Of a stretch of DNA of 64,000 nt, positions 9,834 to 19,200 are shown in pieces. Location: positions 1 through 64,000 of the IMG/VR virus record IMGVR_UViG_3300012031_000005, one strand, 5' to 3'. The notes below the pieces were generated by a model. That model had not been told where the DNA came from. It ran no database searches and saw only the letters and a program-made list of their open reading frames with translations. The DNA comes from a virus (Duplodnaviria; Caudoviricetes). The translations under genes and the position numbers were made by a program. Position 1 is the first letter of the stretch. Every line of letters begins with the position of its first letter.

Positions 9834-10893
9834 ACATTGTGTCTCCGCTAAAGAATTCTTTCGCTAGCACTTCTTTTTGTTTAGCCAGTGCCGGAAGGTA
9901 TCTGTCGTAATTTTCCATGTACACTTTGATTCTAGCTTTTATTTCTTGTTTATTTTCGCAGTATGCTGCAAAGTTCTCAGTCCATCTGCTAGGGTACTTA
10001 AATACATCACTGCCCATTTCGCTGTAGCTTAGTCTGTTAGGCACCATTGGAATTGCTCCCACACACACGCCTTCATACCAGCTGATGCCCAGTGTTTCTT
10101 GCAGGTTTGCACTAAACACTAGTTTTGCTCTAGCTAGCAGCGCATGGTACTCATCCTTGGTTAGCTCAGTGTCTTGGCAAACTACAAATTCGTACTCTGG
10201 CATTTCCTTTGCTAGATCACGGAATATCTCCACTTGCTTTTCTGGCGCAACACGATGAGGGAAAAGGATTAAGTTTTCTTTTTCTTGTCCTGCAAACTTG
10301 CTCAAGTTTTCTTGTAAATATTCCATCGGCCAGCCGGTACGCACTATTTTACCTGACTTAACTAACTCTGCGCCGACACAGTCTTTCATACTGCGGATGA
10401 CAAAGGCACTCAAGTACATATCAATATGGAAGTCAGTAGCAAAGAAGTTATGATCATAACAGTGAAACATTGACTGTTCGGCATATCTTACCCATGGCTT
10501 ATTACCTATAAGTCTGCCCAAGAAGTCATTTTTATCGTAACTTCCTGCGTGCCAAAGTCCGCCTATTTTAATATCTACGCTCAATAGTTCTGCCATGTAG
10601 CGCAATTGTATTACGGTAGGATTCCATGCATCAGTATACAAGAAGTAATCGCCGTTGTTTATCTCGCCTTTGCAGAATAGTTCACCAATCTGTTCTAACT
10701 GTTTACTCTTGTAAACATTGGTTCCGCCAAAGTTAAGGAACGCCCCAGGCGTTGTAGCCTGAGGAGTTTCTCCACCTGAGATAACGACAATATCTTCCAT
10801 TGTAGCTTGACGCAGTTGCGCAGGTAAGTGTTGCTTCCACTCACCAGTGTATCGTGTTGATACACTTTCAACGTCTACAATGTAAATAGTCAT
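9811..10893 (-). CDS. GT-B fold glycosyltransferase (GT4-like)
   Basis: FPHRVAPEK and SANLQETLGISWYEG (E-x7-E) donor-binding signature. Confidence 0.8.
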   Translation of the reverse strand: MTIYIVDVESVSTRYTGEWKQHLPAQLRQATMEDIVVISGGETPQATTPGAFLNFGGTNVYKSKQLEQIGELFCKGEINNGDYFLYTDAWNPTVIQLRYMAELLSVDIKIGGLWHAGSYDKNDFLGRLIGNKPWVRYAEQSMFHCYDHNFFATDFHIDMYLSAFVIRSMKDCVGAELVKSGKIVRTGWPMEYLQENLSKFAGQEKENLILFPHRVAPEKQVEIFRDLAKEMPEYEFVVCQDTELTKDEYHALLARAKLVFSANLQETLGISWYEGVCVGAIPMVPNRLSYSEMGSDVFKYPSRWTENFAAYCENKQEIKARIKVYMENYDRYLPALAKQKEVLAKEFFSGDTMYDIIKAR

Positions 10894-11084
10894 TAGCCTC
10901 TCCGAAAGTTTCCGCGGGCTTTTGCTCGCAACCACCCTTGATATTTTTGATATGCCTGCCATACTGGCGACTGTCCCCGGTACAAATCAGCTTCGTTATA
11001 GACTTTGCCCTCTAGTCGGCAAAAGTCGCGGTATGCATCCAAGTCGTTAAAGATCTTGTTTACTGTAGGGTTTTTAATAGCCAT
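10893..11084 (-). CDS. hypothetical protein
   Basis: ORF with AAGGA RBS; UUCG hairpin upstream (11113-11126). Confidence 0.7.
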   Translation of the reverse strand: MAIKNPTVNKIFNDLDAYRDFCRLEGKVYNEADLYRGQSPVWQAYQKYQGWLRAKARGNFRRG

Positions 11085-11146
11085 TATATTGTATTCCTTA
11101 GTAATTGTAATTAAGGCCGAAGCCTTGTTGGGTTAGTGTTTATTAA

Positions 11147-11506
11147 TTACGGCAAATATTCAATAATGCCGTCGGACTCGCCGTCTTCTGAGACTACGAT
11201 TTCATAGTACCGTTCACCGTATAAGGGTAAGAGGTGCTTTTCTAGTATATCATCAGCAATCATCTCACAAGATTTGTGGTCTTGATTTCCTGCTTTTATA
11301 AAATCTTGTAATGCCCATTTAACTAAGAAAAATTCTAGTTCTCTGTCTAAATGGTCTACTGAAAGTTTTACTTCTACGTAAAATAAATGCCGGTGCTCAT
11401 GTTCAAGAAACTGTATTCTGGGGTCGATTTGACCTGCATTTGGATACTTATGAAATCCTTCAAAGCTAGTACGCACTTTAATAAATGTACGCTTACTGGC
11501 TATCAT
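11147..11506 (-). CDS. T-fold QueD paralog, DpdL-like (putative CDG decarboxylase)
   Basis: FEGFH..., LEHEHRHLF instead of the QueD CxxxHGH motif, SCEMIA, VSED. Confidence 0.7.
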   Translation of the reverse strand: MIASKRTFIKVRTSFEGFHKYPNAGQIDPRIQFLEHEHRHLFYVEVKLSVDHLDRELEFFLVKWALQDFIKAGNQDHKSCEMIADDILEKHLLPLYGERYYEIVVSEDGESDGIIEYLP

Positions 11507-11769
11507 TGCGGCACTCCGATTGCTGCACTGCCCCGTGTCATTTGGCATTCCAGTATTTCTACGCTCTCGCCTCGCATTTCGATACCAGATGCAATTGCTT
11601 CCATCTTTTTATCTAAATCCGCAAGAGCGTCATGATCAGCAGCTAGCTCGCCCGGCAAGGCTGGCCTAACAGTTGCATGGATATTGTAATCAGCTAGCAC
11701 TTTTTTAATTAAAGCACTAATAGTGCTCTTACCACTATTTGCTGTGCCTGATACGTATATTTCTAACAT
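11503..11769 (-). CDS. small P-loop protein
   Basis: IYVSGTANSGKST. Confidence 0.6.
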   Translation of the reverse strand: MLEIYVSGTANSGKSTISALIKKVLADYNIHATVRPALPGELAADHDALADLDKKMEAIASGIEMRGESVEILECQMTRGSAAIGVPQ

Positions 11770-11798
11770 TGCTTTTACCTCTTAGTTTGTATACTGTA

Positions 11799-11827
11799 AG
11801 TATACGATTACTTTACGATTTTGTCAA
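11799..11827 (-). promoter_or_regulatory. sigma70-type promoter
   Basis: TTGACA-N17-TATACT. Confidence 0.65.
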
Positions 11828-12326
11828 GTGTATATTCATTCCAATTTGTAAATCTGTCACGACTCATTAGGTCATGCAGGTTATGACACCATACACCAGG
11901 GTTAGTAGCTTTGAAGTCACGGTCGTCAAGTTTGACCATTGTGTTGTAATTCCACTGCTTAATATAAGGCATGGGAATTCTTATTTGCGGAATAAAGTTA
12001 TTGTATTCTACTAGCTCGCTTTCGAGAAAGTCTTCAGCAAGTGTAACGTCAATATCCAAGCTACACAGGAAGTCCTGTTTAAGAAAAGTTTTGATCATCT
12101 CATCCCATTCGAACCAGTCATCATTACTGTTTATTTTAAAACTATGATTGGCTCCAAAGAAGATGTGTGTACACTCTTCCTCGTCTGCGATTGCTCGTAT
12201 CTCGTTTACGTCCTGTAGTCCAGTAACAAACAGAGTACGCATTCCGAACGCTGGAGTCTTTTCGACCTCTATGCCCACAAAGAACACTACACCCTCTGCT
12301 GTTTGTCCTTCATAATCACGCTTCAT
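11808..12326 (-). CDS. hypothetical protein in the modification cluster
   Basis: ORF, 172 aa. Confidence 0.8.
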   Translation of the reverse strand: MKRDYEGQTAEGVVFFVGIEVEKTPAFGMRTLFVTGLQDVNEIRAIADEEECTHIFFGANHSFKINSNDDWFEWDEMIKTFLKQDFLCSLDIDVTLAEDFLESELVEYNNFIPQIRIPMPYIKQWNYNTMVKLDDRDFKATNPGVWCHNLHDLMSRDRFTNWNEYTLDKIVK

Positions 12327-12335
12327 GTTGTACCT

Positions 12336-12513
12336 TTAGTTTTTATTAAGTCGGTGGATTTTGTCTTTGTACCATAGTTTGATGGTTTTTAAAACGATTA
12401 ATTTCGTAGTTCGAAGCATACTCAGTATAGCGCCGTTTAACTAGCGTGTCAACCTTGTTGTGTTGAAATTTAAGTTCTTCTAGTCGATTTACTTCTTTAC
12501 TCGGGTTGTTCAT
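12336..12513 (-). pseudogene. DUF465/YdcH-like small coiled-coil protein with a +1 frameshift
   Basis: MNNPSKEVNRLEELKFQHNKVD...EINR, then LKTIKLWYKDKIHRL in the +1 frame at TTTTAAAAAC. Confidence 0.55.
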
Positions 12514-14029
12514 CTTCTAAAATCTCCAAGTTCTGTTCTGCATCTTCTGCAAGATCATCATCTTTTTGTGACGAAGATTCAAACAAGTTATCAAAATAAG
12601 TACTGGCGTTTACTGTTTTTTTACCTACTGCTCCTCGGGTGCCAGGAATTGACATCCAAAAACGGCTGTGGTCGTTTACTATATCCAGAGCAGCTTCTCG
12701 CGTTGTCTGTGCAAATATCTTGTCCACTACATCACGAAAGAATATTTGATCAAACTGTTCTTCAACTAGCATCTTAGGTACAATACCGTTGTCGTACTGT
12801 CTGTTTGCTTCTTGTACAGCGTTGATGTGACTCCACACGTTGTGACCCATTTGAATAGCGTAACTAAATGAATCCCAGCTAGTCTTTCCTTCTTTACCGA
12901 TCTTATTTAGATCACCCGGCGCATAGATACACACATCTGATACTTTTAGTTCTTTTGTAAGAGGACTGTCTGTAAAGTTCTTAAAGACGCCATCAGTTAG
13001 CACAGTGTCACGAAATAGTCGACTGTCAGTAGAATACTTCTTGTTGTCTATGCTGGGCTGCATCCTGTAGACCCATTTCTTGCGATCAGGTGTTTCGGTA
13101 TGAATATAAATTTGTCCGTTTGCTGTAGCAAGGAACGGTGACGCACAGTCAAAAGTAACCATGAAGTTCGGGTTATGATACTTGCGAACCGCACGTTGTA
13201 TATCGGTTAACAAAGTAGCCCACTCTAGCTTGCTTGTTCCCAGGAAGTGCATTACGTCATGTATGCCTTGCTCTAATAAGCCGTCAAATCGCAGTGCTAC
13301 AAGCCGTTTAAGCACGAGATGAACGTCACACATGTTTTGCCCACCCATACTCCATCCATTGAAATGGCGGTCTGGATAGATAGTTGGATCGCAGTAGTCT
13401 TTCATCTGCTGATACCAGTCTTCGGCGTCTGCATGATTTTCACCTTGTAATACGTTGAGAAACTTGCATGCTCCGGTTCTGTGCTTCATCCAATAGTCGT
13501 TATTAATACGAGTTGCTGCTACTGCTTCACTGTAAGTGCTTATTCCCGTTGCTTTGGCGCCTTCTGGGCTACGTGCTACCCATGCAGGGATGTCAAGGAT
13601 CATGCCATAGTCCATGTACGCATCCATCCAGCGCAGAACTCCATCGCGCTTCTTCTGCGCTTTAGGACAGTTTGGATCTTTCCAGTCACCTTCCCAAACA
13701 CCCTTCCCGATTTGAAATCCACCGGAATCCGCCAACATCCATGTGTTCTCACGATCACGGTTGCGTATCATGTCTTCTTTAGGTGAGTGCTTGTTAATAT
13801 CAAGCTCAGCGTGACCAGCAGAATACAAACTCCATTTGTACTGGAACTGGCCTTCTTTATGGTTTAGGTAATTTAGACTTTCAACTCCGTGATTAAAGTT
13901 ACTGGGAATGCGTGATGTTAACACATATTCACCGTACCGTTGCTTACCTACGTAGGTGGCATAAAAACCACTAAGTGCTGGCAGGAAAAATGCGTAATCT
14001 TTTTGTTCTGCTGTTAGGTTTTTATTCAT
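12497..14029 (-). CDS. tRNA-guanine transglycosylase-like protein (DpdA-like DNA deazaguanine insertase)
   Basis: TGT motifs DSGGFQ, MILD, VLQG, GWSMGG, HFLG, TFDCASP; clustered with folE/queE. Confidence 0.8.
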   Translation of the reverse strand: MNKNLTAEQKDYAFFLPALSGFYATYVGKQRYGEYVLTSRIPSNFNHGVESLNYLNHKEGQFQYKWSLYSAGHAELDINKHSPKEDMIRNRDRENTWMLADSGGFQIGKGVWEGDWKDPNCPKAQKKRDGVLRWMDAYMDYGMILDIPAWVARSPEGAKATGISTYSEAVAATRINNDYWMKHRTGACKFLNVLQGENHADAEDWYQQMKDYCDPTIYPDRHFNGWSMGGQNMCDVHLVLKRLVALRFDGLLEQGIHDVMHFLGTSKLEWATLLTDIQRAVRKYHNPNFMVTFDCASPFLATANGQIYIHTETPDRKKWVYRMQPSIDNKKYSTDSRLFRDTVLTDGVFKNFTDSPLTKELKVSDVCIYAPGDLNKIGKEGKTSWDSFSYAIQMGHNVWSHINAVQEANRQYDNGIVPKMLVEEQFDQIFFRDVVDKIFAQTTREAALDIVNDHSRFWMSIPGTRGAVGKKTVNASTYFDNLFESSSQKDDDLAEDAEQNLEILEDEQPE

Positions 14030-14415
14030 TACTTTCCTTTAGTATTCAGTAAGTCGTCAAAGTTTCCGTACACTGTACTGTTTGTCGGAATTTTATACTT
14101 TGCTGTACCCACGTTACTGCCAACAGGTAGGTTACCGACGTCCCAGCGGCCAATGCCGTTAAAGTATTGCCCGTCGTTATAGTCTTTATACCTTGCTGCT
14201 TGATTGATAGTTATAACTTCTTTTTCAAGAGTAGATATACGACTGAGAATACTAGCTAACGGTCCAGGACCTGCAGATATTTCCTCAGCCTCGACAATGC
14301 TTGCTACTAGCATAAAGTTACGCAGTGCTTTTTTGACACTGCGGTTATTTGACGCTAACGCAGCGTCAAATAATCTTGCAAGTTCGTAAAGGTCTACTTC
14401 GTTGTCTTCGTTCAT
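14029..14415 (-). CDS. hypothetical protein
   Basis: ORF with GAGG RBS. Confidence 0.7.
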   Translation of the reverse strand: MNEDNEVDLYELARLFDAALASNNRSVKKALRNFMLVASIVEAEEISAGPGPLASILSRISTLEKEVITINQAARYKDYNDGQYFNGIGRWDVGNLPVGSNVGTAKYKIPTNSTVYGNFDDLLNTKGK

Positions 14416-14427
14416 ATTGACCTCGCT

Positions 14428-15156
14428 TTATTTAGACTGAGCTGGCAAAATGTAATCGTACTTGGCCATGCCGCTGTCAACTGAAATCATCATAGCACCC
14501 TGGTCTGAAATGCACATAGTCAGCTCACCGTCCAGATTTAGGATGCTTTGAATCTGTGCAACAGGCCAGCTCCAGGTGTGTTTAAGTGTACCTTCCACTC
14601 CGTGCTGAAAAACAAACTCGCCAGCGTGAGTACTTGCATCACCGAAGCTAAACACTAGGTTACCGCCTTTGGTTTTTACATTAAAGATAATTTCTTCTGA
14701 ATGTGCTGCACTCATTAGCTTCATTCGAGCAATAGAAGCCATAGTAGGTTCTATTTGAATGTTCCAAGCTGCTCCTTTGAACTTTACAGTCTTAAGTCTT
14801 TCCTCAACTACGTTTTGCGAAATAAAGCGATAGTCGTTTTCAAAGTCACCGGCAGCATTCTCAAAGTGTACATAGGTCGGAATATCAACGCCGTCCTTTT
14901 GCTTGGATACTACTTCAATCTTAGCATCGTTCTTGTACTCGGGATTCTTTAGGTGGAGGCTTAGCTTGTCCAAGTTAGTCATACCAAAGGTACCGTGAAA
15001 CTGTGGTACCGGAGTGTGGGTAGTTGCACTCATTATTACACTTCGATCTTCGGCCATTGAATCAATCTGAGTGTTTTCGTCGTTGGTTATCTTAATAATT
15101 GTCAGGAAGCCCAATGCGTGGGTGTGAGCTACTACGTCTTGCAAAATATCCTTCAT
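14428..15156 (-). CDS. probable sliding clamp (gp45/PCNA-like)
   Basis: 242 aa, beta-rich, ends YDYILPA; next to polB; clamp loader in the window. Confidence 0.65.
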   Translation of the reverse strand: MKDILQDVVAHTHALGFLTIIKITNDENTQIDSMAEDRSVIMSATTHTPVPQFHGTFGMTNLDKLSLHLKNPEYKNDAKIEVVSKQKDGVDIPTYVHFENAAGDFENDYRFISQNVVEERLKTVKFKGAAWNIQIEPTMASIARMKLMSAAHSEEIIFNVKTKGGNLVFSFGDASTHAGEFVFQHGVEGTLKHTWSWPVAQIQSILNLDGELTMCISDQGAMMISVDSGMAKYDYILPAQSK

Positions 15157-15189
15157 TTTTAATCCTTTTAGTTTAATTATACTTCGTAC

Positions 15190-15218
15190 AGTATATGATA
15201 TAACCTGTTGATTGTCAA
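15190..15218 (-). promoter_or_regulatory. sigma70-type promoter
   Basis: TTGACA-N17-TATACT. Confidence 0.7.
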
Positions 15219-15233
15219 CAAGTTTATTTAGGT

Positions 15234-16220
15234 TTAGCTTCCAAAGTCAAAAAGACTATTGAACGTAGTTGTTTGTTTTGTGCTTTCTAAGTCGTAATCA
15301 AGTACTCCTATAAGATTGCCTAGCTTATTATCGATAATAGTTCCTGCCATTGCACCATCGTCAAACGGCAACTCTTTAAACCATTCCGGCAAACGTAACT
15401 CATCAGTTGGATATGCAATGCTAGTATATCCCAATGGATTAGGTTTTAGTTTGCAAACAATGCATTTCATTCCATCAGTTGCTTCTTGTGAATATTGGTC
15501 TCCGTGCATGCGTCTAAGGGCGTTCCAATTTATTGCTGCTCTTACGTGGCCTGGCATGTTGGCCTTGCCCTGCTTTTCTTCAAGACGTTGATAATGTCCT
15601 AGATTGTTTACACGTTTGGGAGTGCCTTTTTCCCAAGCAGGTCTATCTATAAATTCTTTTCTAAATACAGTAATTCGATCTAGTACTATTTCTCGATCAA
15701 CATTTGTCAAAACCATATACAGTATTTCTTTCAAAAAGTCCTGCATATACACTGGAGTGTCGCTGCGTCGTAAGTCTAGCCCCATTGCCTTGACTTTACC
15801 TTCCGCCCCATCTACATCTTTGCGCTTTCCTTCGTCGTCGTATACTAGTGTAGCGTATCGCTTTTTAGTAATAAATAATCCCGAGCTAGCAACAATCTCT
15901 CTGCCTGCTTTGATAACTTCTGCTCTAGACTTAGCACAATGAAATGCTTTTGCTGCAAAGTCTACAAACGTAGTGTCTACTTGTGCACTAACTTGGTCAT
16001 ATAGAGAAACTACACTGTCCTTATCCCAAGGGATACTACCTTCCTTGATGTCTTTTTTCAGCGTAGGATACGCACTGAAGTAGACTGAGTCAGTGTTGTG
16101 TACTAGTATGTCGTTAGCAAAAAAGAACGGATCTTGTTGAACCATTGACACATCGTACACATAGTCGTCTACTTCGCCTAAGCAAGTAACTTTCTTTACT
16201 TTTGTTCTAATAGTATTCAA
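15234..16220 (-). CDS. DNA polymerase B, C-terminal part, with N-terminal split-intein IntC
   Basis: TTG start with AGGAGG RBS; ...ILVHN|TDSVYF, KKRYA, MGLDLRRSDTP, C-terminal clamp-binding-like FNSLFDF. Confidence 0.92.
   Translation of the reverse strand: MNTIRTKVKKVTCLGEVDDYVYDVSMVQQDPFFFANDILVHNTDSVYFSAYPTLKKDIKEGSIPWDKDSVVSLYDQVSAQVDTTFVDFAAKAFHCAKSRAEVIKAGREIVASSGLFITKKRYATLVYDDEGKRKDVDGAEGKVKAMGLDLRRSDTPVYMQDFLKEILYMVLTNVDREIVLDRITVFRKEFIDRPAWEKGTPKRVNNLGHYQRLEEKQGKANMPGHVRAAINWNALRRMHGDQYSQEATDGMKCIVCKLKPNPLGYTSIAYPTDELRLPEWFKELPFDDGAMAGTIIDNKLGNLIGVLDYDLESTKQTTTFNSLFDFGS
16095..16220 (-). mobile_element. split intein C-fragment (42 aa; ends His-Asn, +1 Thr)
   Basis: VYDVSM block F, FFANDILVHN block G. 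Confidence 0.9.
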
Positions 16221-16249
16221 TTGGATACCTCCTGTAGATAATTTGTCAG

Positions 16250-19200
16250 TTAGATAGTAATAATTAAGTCATCTTCTTCTAAGTTTTTCGGAGTAACCTC
16301 AGTAGTAATTCCGTGTCGGTCTACAATTAAACTATGATCTTCTGTTACTGTGACCTTCTTCCCGTCATCAGTTTCAATTTCGTATAACTTCTTTTTGGTC
16401 TTGTGTCGCATCACGTAAGCTATTTCTCCAAATACCGCTTCATCTTCAAAAGCATTGTAACCAAGCACTGCGTTATTTTCTTTTTCCATTTCAGTTCTAG
16501 GAATTGCGTATTCCTTGCCTTGATCTTGTATTACTCTGTAATCAAAACGATTAAATAGATCTTCGATAGAAATCTTTTTATCATTAAGCGTAATTAAAGT
16601 GTCTCCGGTCACACTGTCACCATAAATTACAGCTTCTCCGACATGGTCATACACCCCAGTAATGGTTTTATTTACTTCTGCGCTCATATGTTTAACGATC
16701 TGTCTACCGGTTAGTGTAGTTGACTGTCCGATTCGCTTGTCAAAAAATCTACAGCCCGGATTCAAAATTGCCCCATAAAGAGAGTTCAACGAAATTTTCT
16801 TTACCAGTTGACGCTTGTCCCAAAATGTTATTTCGGTTTTGTTACCGGCTGTAATAGCTTTCTTTAACATTCCCTGTAGGTCTTTACGTTCAGCGTACCA
16901 ACGCTTTAAAAGACCCGGAATAACTCCTTCAAACTCAGTTGTAAAGATTGTGCCATTAGCACTGATCATCCAAGGCATTCGACTTTCAAATATCAGTTTG
17001 TATATTTCTGCACCGCTGAGCACATCGTGTCTACCATCCTCCCAGTCAATAGTCAACGCAACGTCTTTTCGTTTGTCCATTACAGCAACATATTCAAGAC
17101 TTCCAAAATGACCTTCCCATGCACCTGCAAACGTTTTCTTTTGAAGTGTCATTGCTTCATGGACCATTCTGTCTGTCATGTCTGGCCGAAGTTGCCCTAC
17201 AACAGTTTCGGGCCCCATGTTTAGTGCTCGAATCACACTAGGATACAGTGAATTTAAGTCCATTGAACCTATAGCTAAGTGTAGTCCTTTTTTTGGAAAG
17301 GCAACGTATGCACCTGCTGCCTGCGTGTTTTCGGTACTATGCTTTTTTCTATTTGGTACCTGCAGACCTCTGTGATGTGCTTCATTTATAATTGCCTGCT
17401 CAGTAATAGCAACAGCTCCCATAACTGTTTTCAACATCACTGTGTTAGCGTGTGCAAGTTCGTTGGACAAGTCAATAAATTTCAGCTTCTTGTCTAGCTT
17501 GTCTAACAGTGCAGTGTCCTGTCTGTTGTATTCAACAAACGTTTCAAAGTCGTTGTTATACAACTGATCTAGTGTTCCTTCATATACCGTCTTATTTTCG
17601 CCTATCTCTAGCTCGCCGATTGCATCAAGTCTATAAGTGTGTCGTTCTTCGTAAGTGTATTTCCTATAAAGATTTAGACTGTCAAGATGCACACGTCCAA
17701 CAAAGTCATAGGTCTCAGATGTCTTTCCAAACTTTTCGTATTCTCGCTTCTTAGGAAGTTCTCCCCATAGGCAAAACTTTCGCGTGTCGTCTTTGCTTAA
17801 TACGCGCTGTATACGATTTACAGTGTAGGGCACGTCATACCCCTCTGAATTATGAACTTTTGTCCCATTGCAAACAAAGTAATGTGAGGTAGTTTCAATA
17901 TCACCCATTGGTATCATTTCGTCTGTTTCAACAATACGTTTGACTTTTACAATGACCTCGTTTGAATCTGCGTCGTGGAACCACCGAATTTTGCAGTTGG
18001 CTGAATTTTTCTTATCAAATAATGCCGGCAACTTTTGCTTTTTACTATGCAAAGGCTTGATTTTGAGTAGTTGCTCTTTGCAAAACGCTACATATTTAAT
18101 ACGAACAATGTTGTCATTTACTGTGGTAATAAATCCGTTCCACTTCAATAATACATTCAGTTTACGTGATTGGTTCTCAAAATTGCATATCTCCGCATGC
18201 CAAGTCGCCACTGAGCCATCACCATCAATACAGCCACTGATAAACGCACAGAACTGGTCCTCAGACAGCATAGACAATAGTTCGACATTTAACTCTTTTT
18301 TAGCTGATTCACTGTATATCATATTTCGAAGAACAGAGAATTTATTGTGCCTACTAAAACCAACGTAGAAACAACCATCCTTTCTACGATTTATTAAATT
18401 CACATATCCAATGCCCTCGTTGTTTATAATGTCAACTGCTGCCTGGGCCAATACTTGATTAGAGTTGCAAAATGAATAAGTGCCGCCATAACTGTCAAAC
18501 GTACCGTCAGTAAACATCATTCCAAGCAACCTGCACATATCAGCCGATATAACTTCGTCTTTTGATATACACTTTTCTTTGGATAGATGACTTTGTTGGA
18601 ATTTAAGTGAGTCCTCTATCTCCTCGACCGTAGTTATAATAGGCAGTGTATTTTCTGTAAACAGCTTACCGTAAGTCATTGCATTATTAGTGTTGCGGTG
18701 TATTGGCTGCCGTAAATAAACATCTTGAGTTTTCATTCTTTCTTTAATAGAGGATATGTTACCTTCGACGCTATTTAATTTTAGCGTATTAAGGTTTTTG
18801 TATTTTCTCTTATCTTTAAAATAATGCGGAATAACATGCTCATCCGATATATCTATTGTTGCGCCAAAATCGTCAACTAGTACATTTTTTTGTTTTAAGC
18901 CAGAATCAAACGTGTTTACAACACTTGCGTTAGATAGTGTGTCTCCCTTTTTTATATTTCCTAGTGTCTTAATTCTATCGTCTAGGTATACCTGCTCATT
19001 TATGCCAATGCAGTTCCAACCGCTGTGCACATCAGCATCTTCCAACAGGTCCAAGAACGTAAGCAGCATATCCTGCTCACCTTTGCCTTTGGAATCGTTA
19101 GGAAACAGTATTACCTCATCTCCCCATCTCTTTTGACACATTGCCCTGGCTTCCTCTAGTGGGAGACCTTTGGGCGGTACTGCTAGTGTGATCAACATGC

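Noticed and set aside
11503-11769. Deaza-dGMP kinase
   Set aside because: It has a P-loop, but 88 aa is too short for a full NMP kinase fold
16221-16252. Stop-codon readthrough or genetic-code reassignment joining the polB halves
   Set aside because: The gap is 29 nt (out of frame), the second gene has its own SD, and other genes read normally in the standard code
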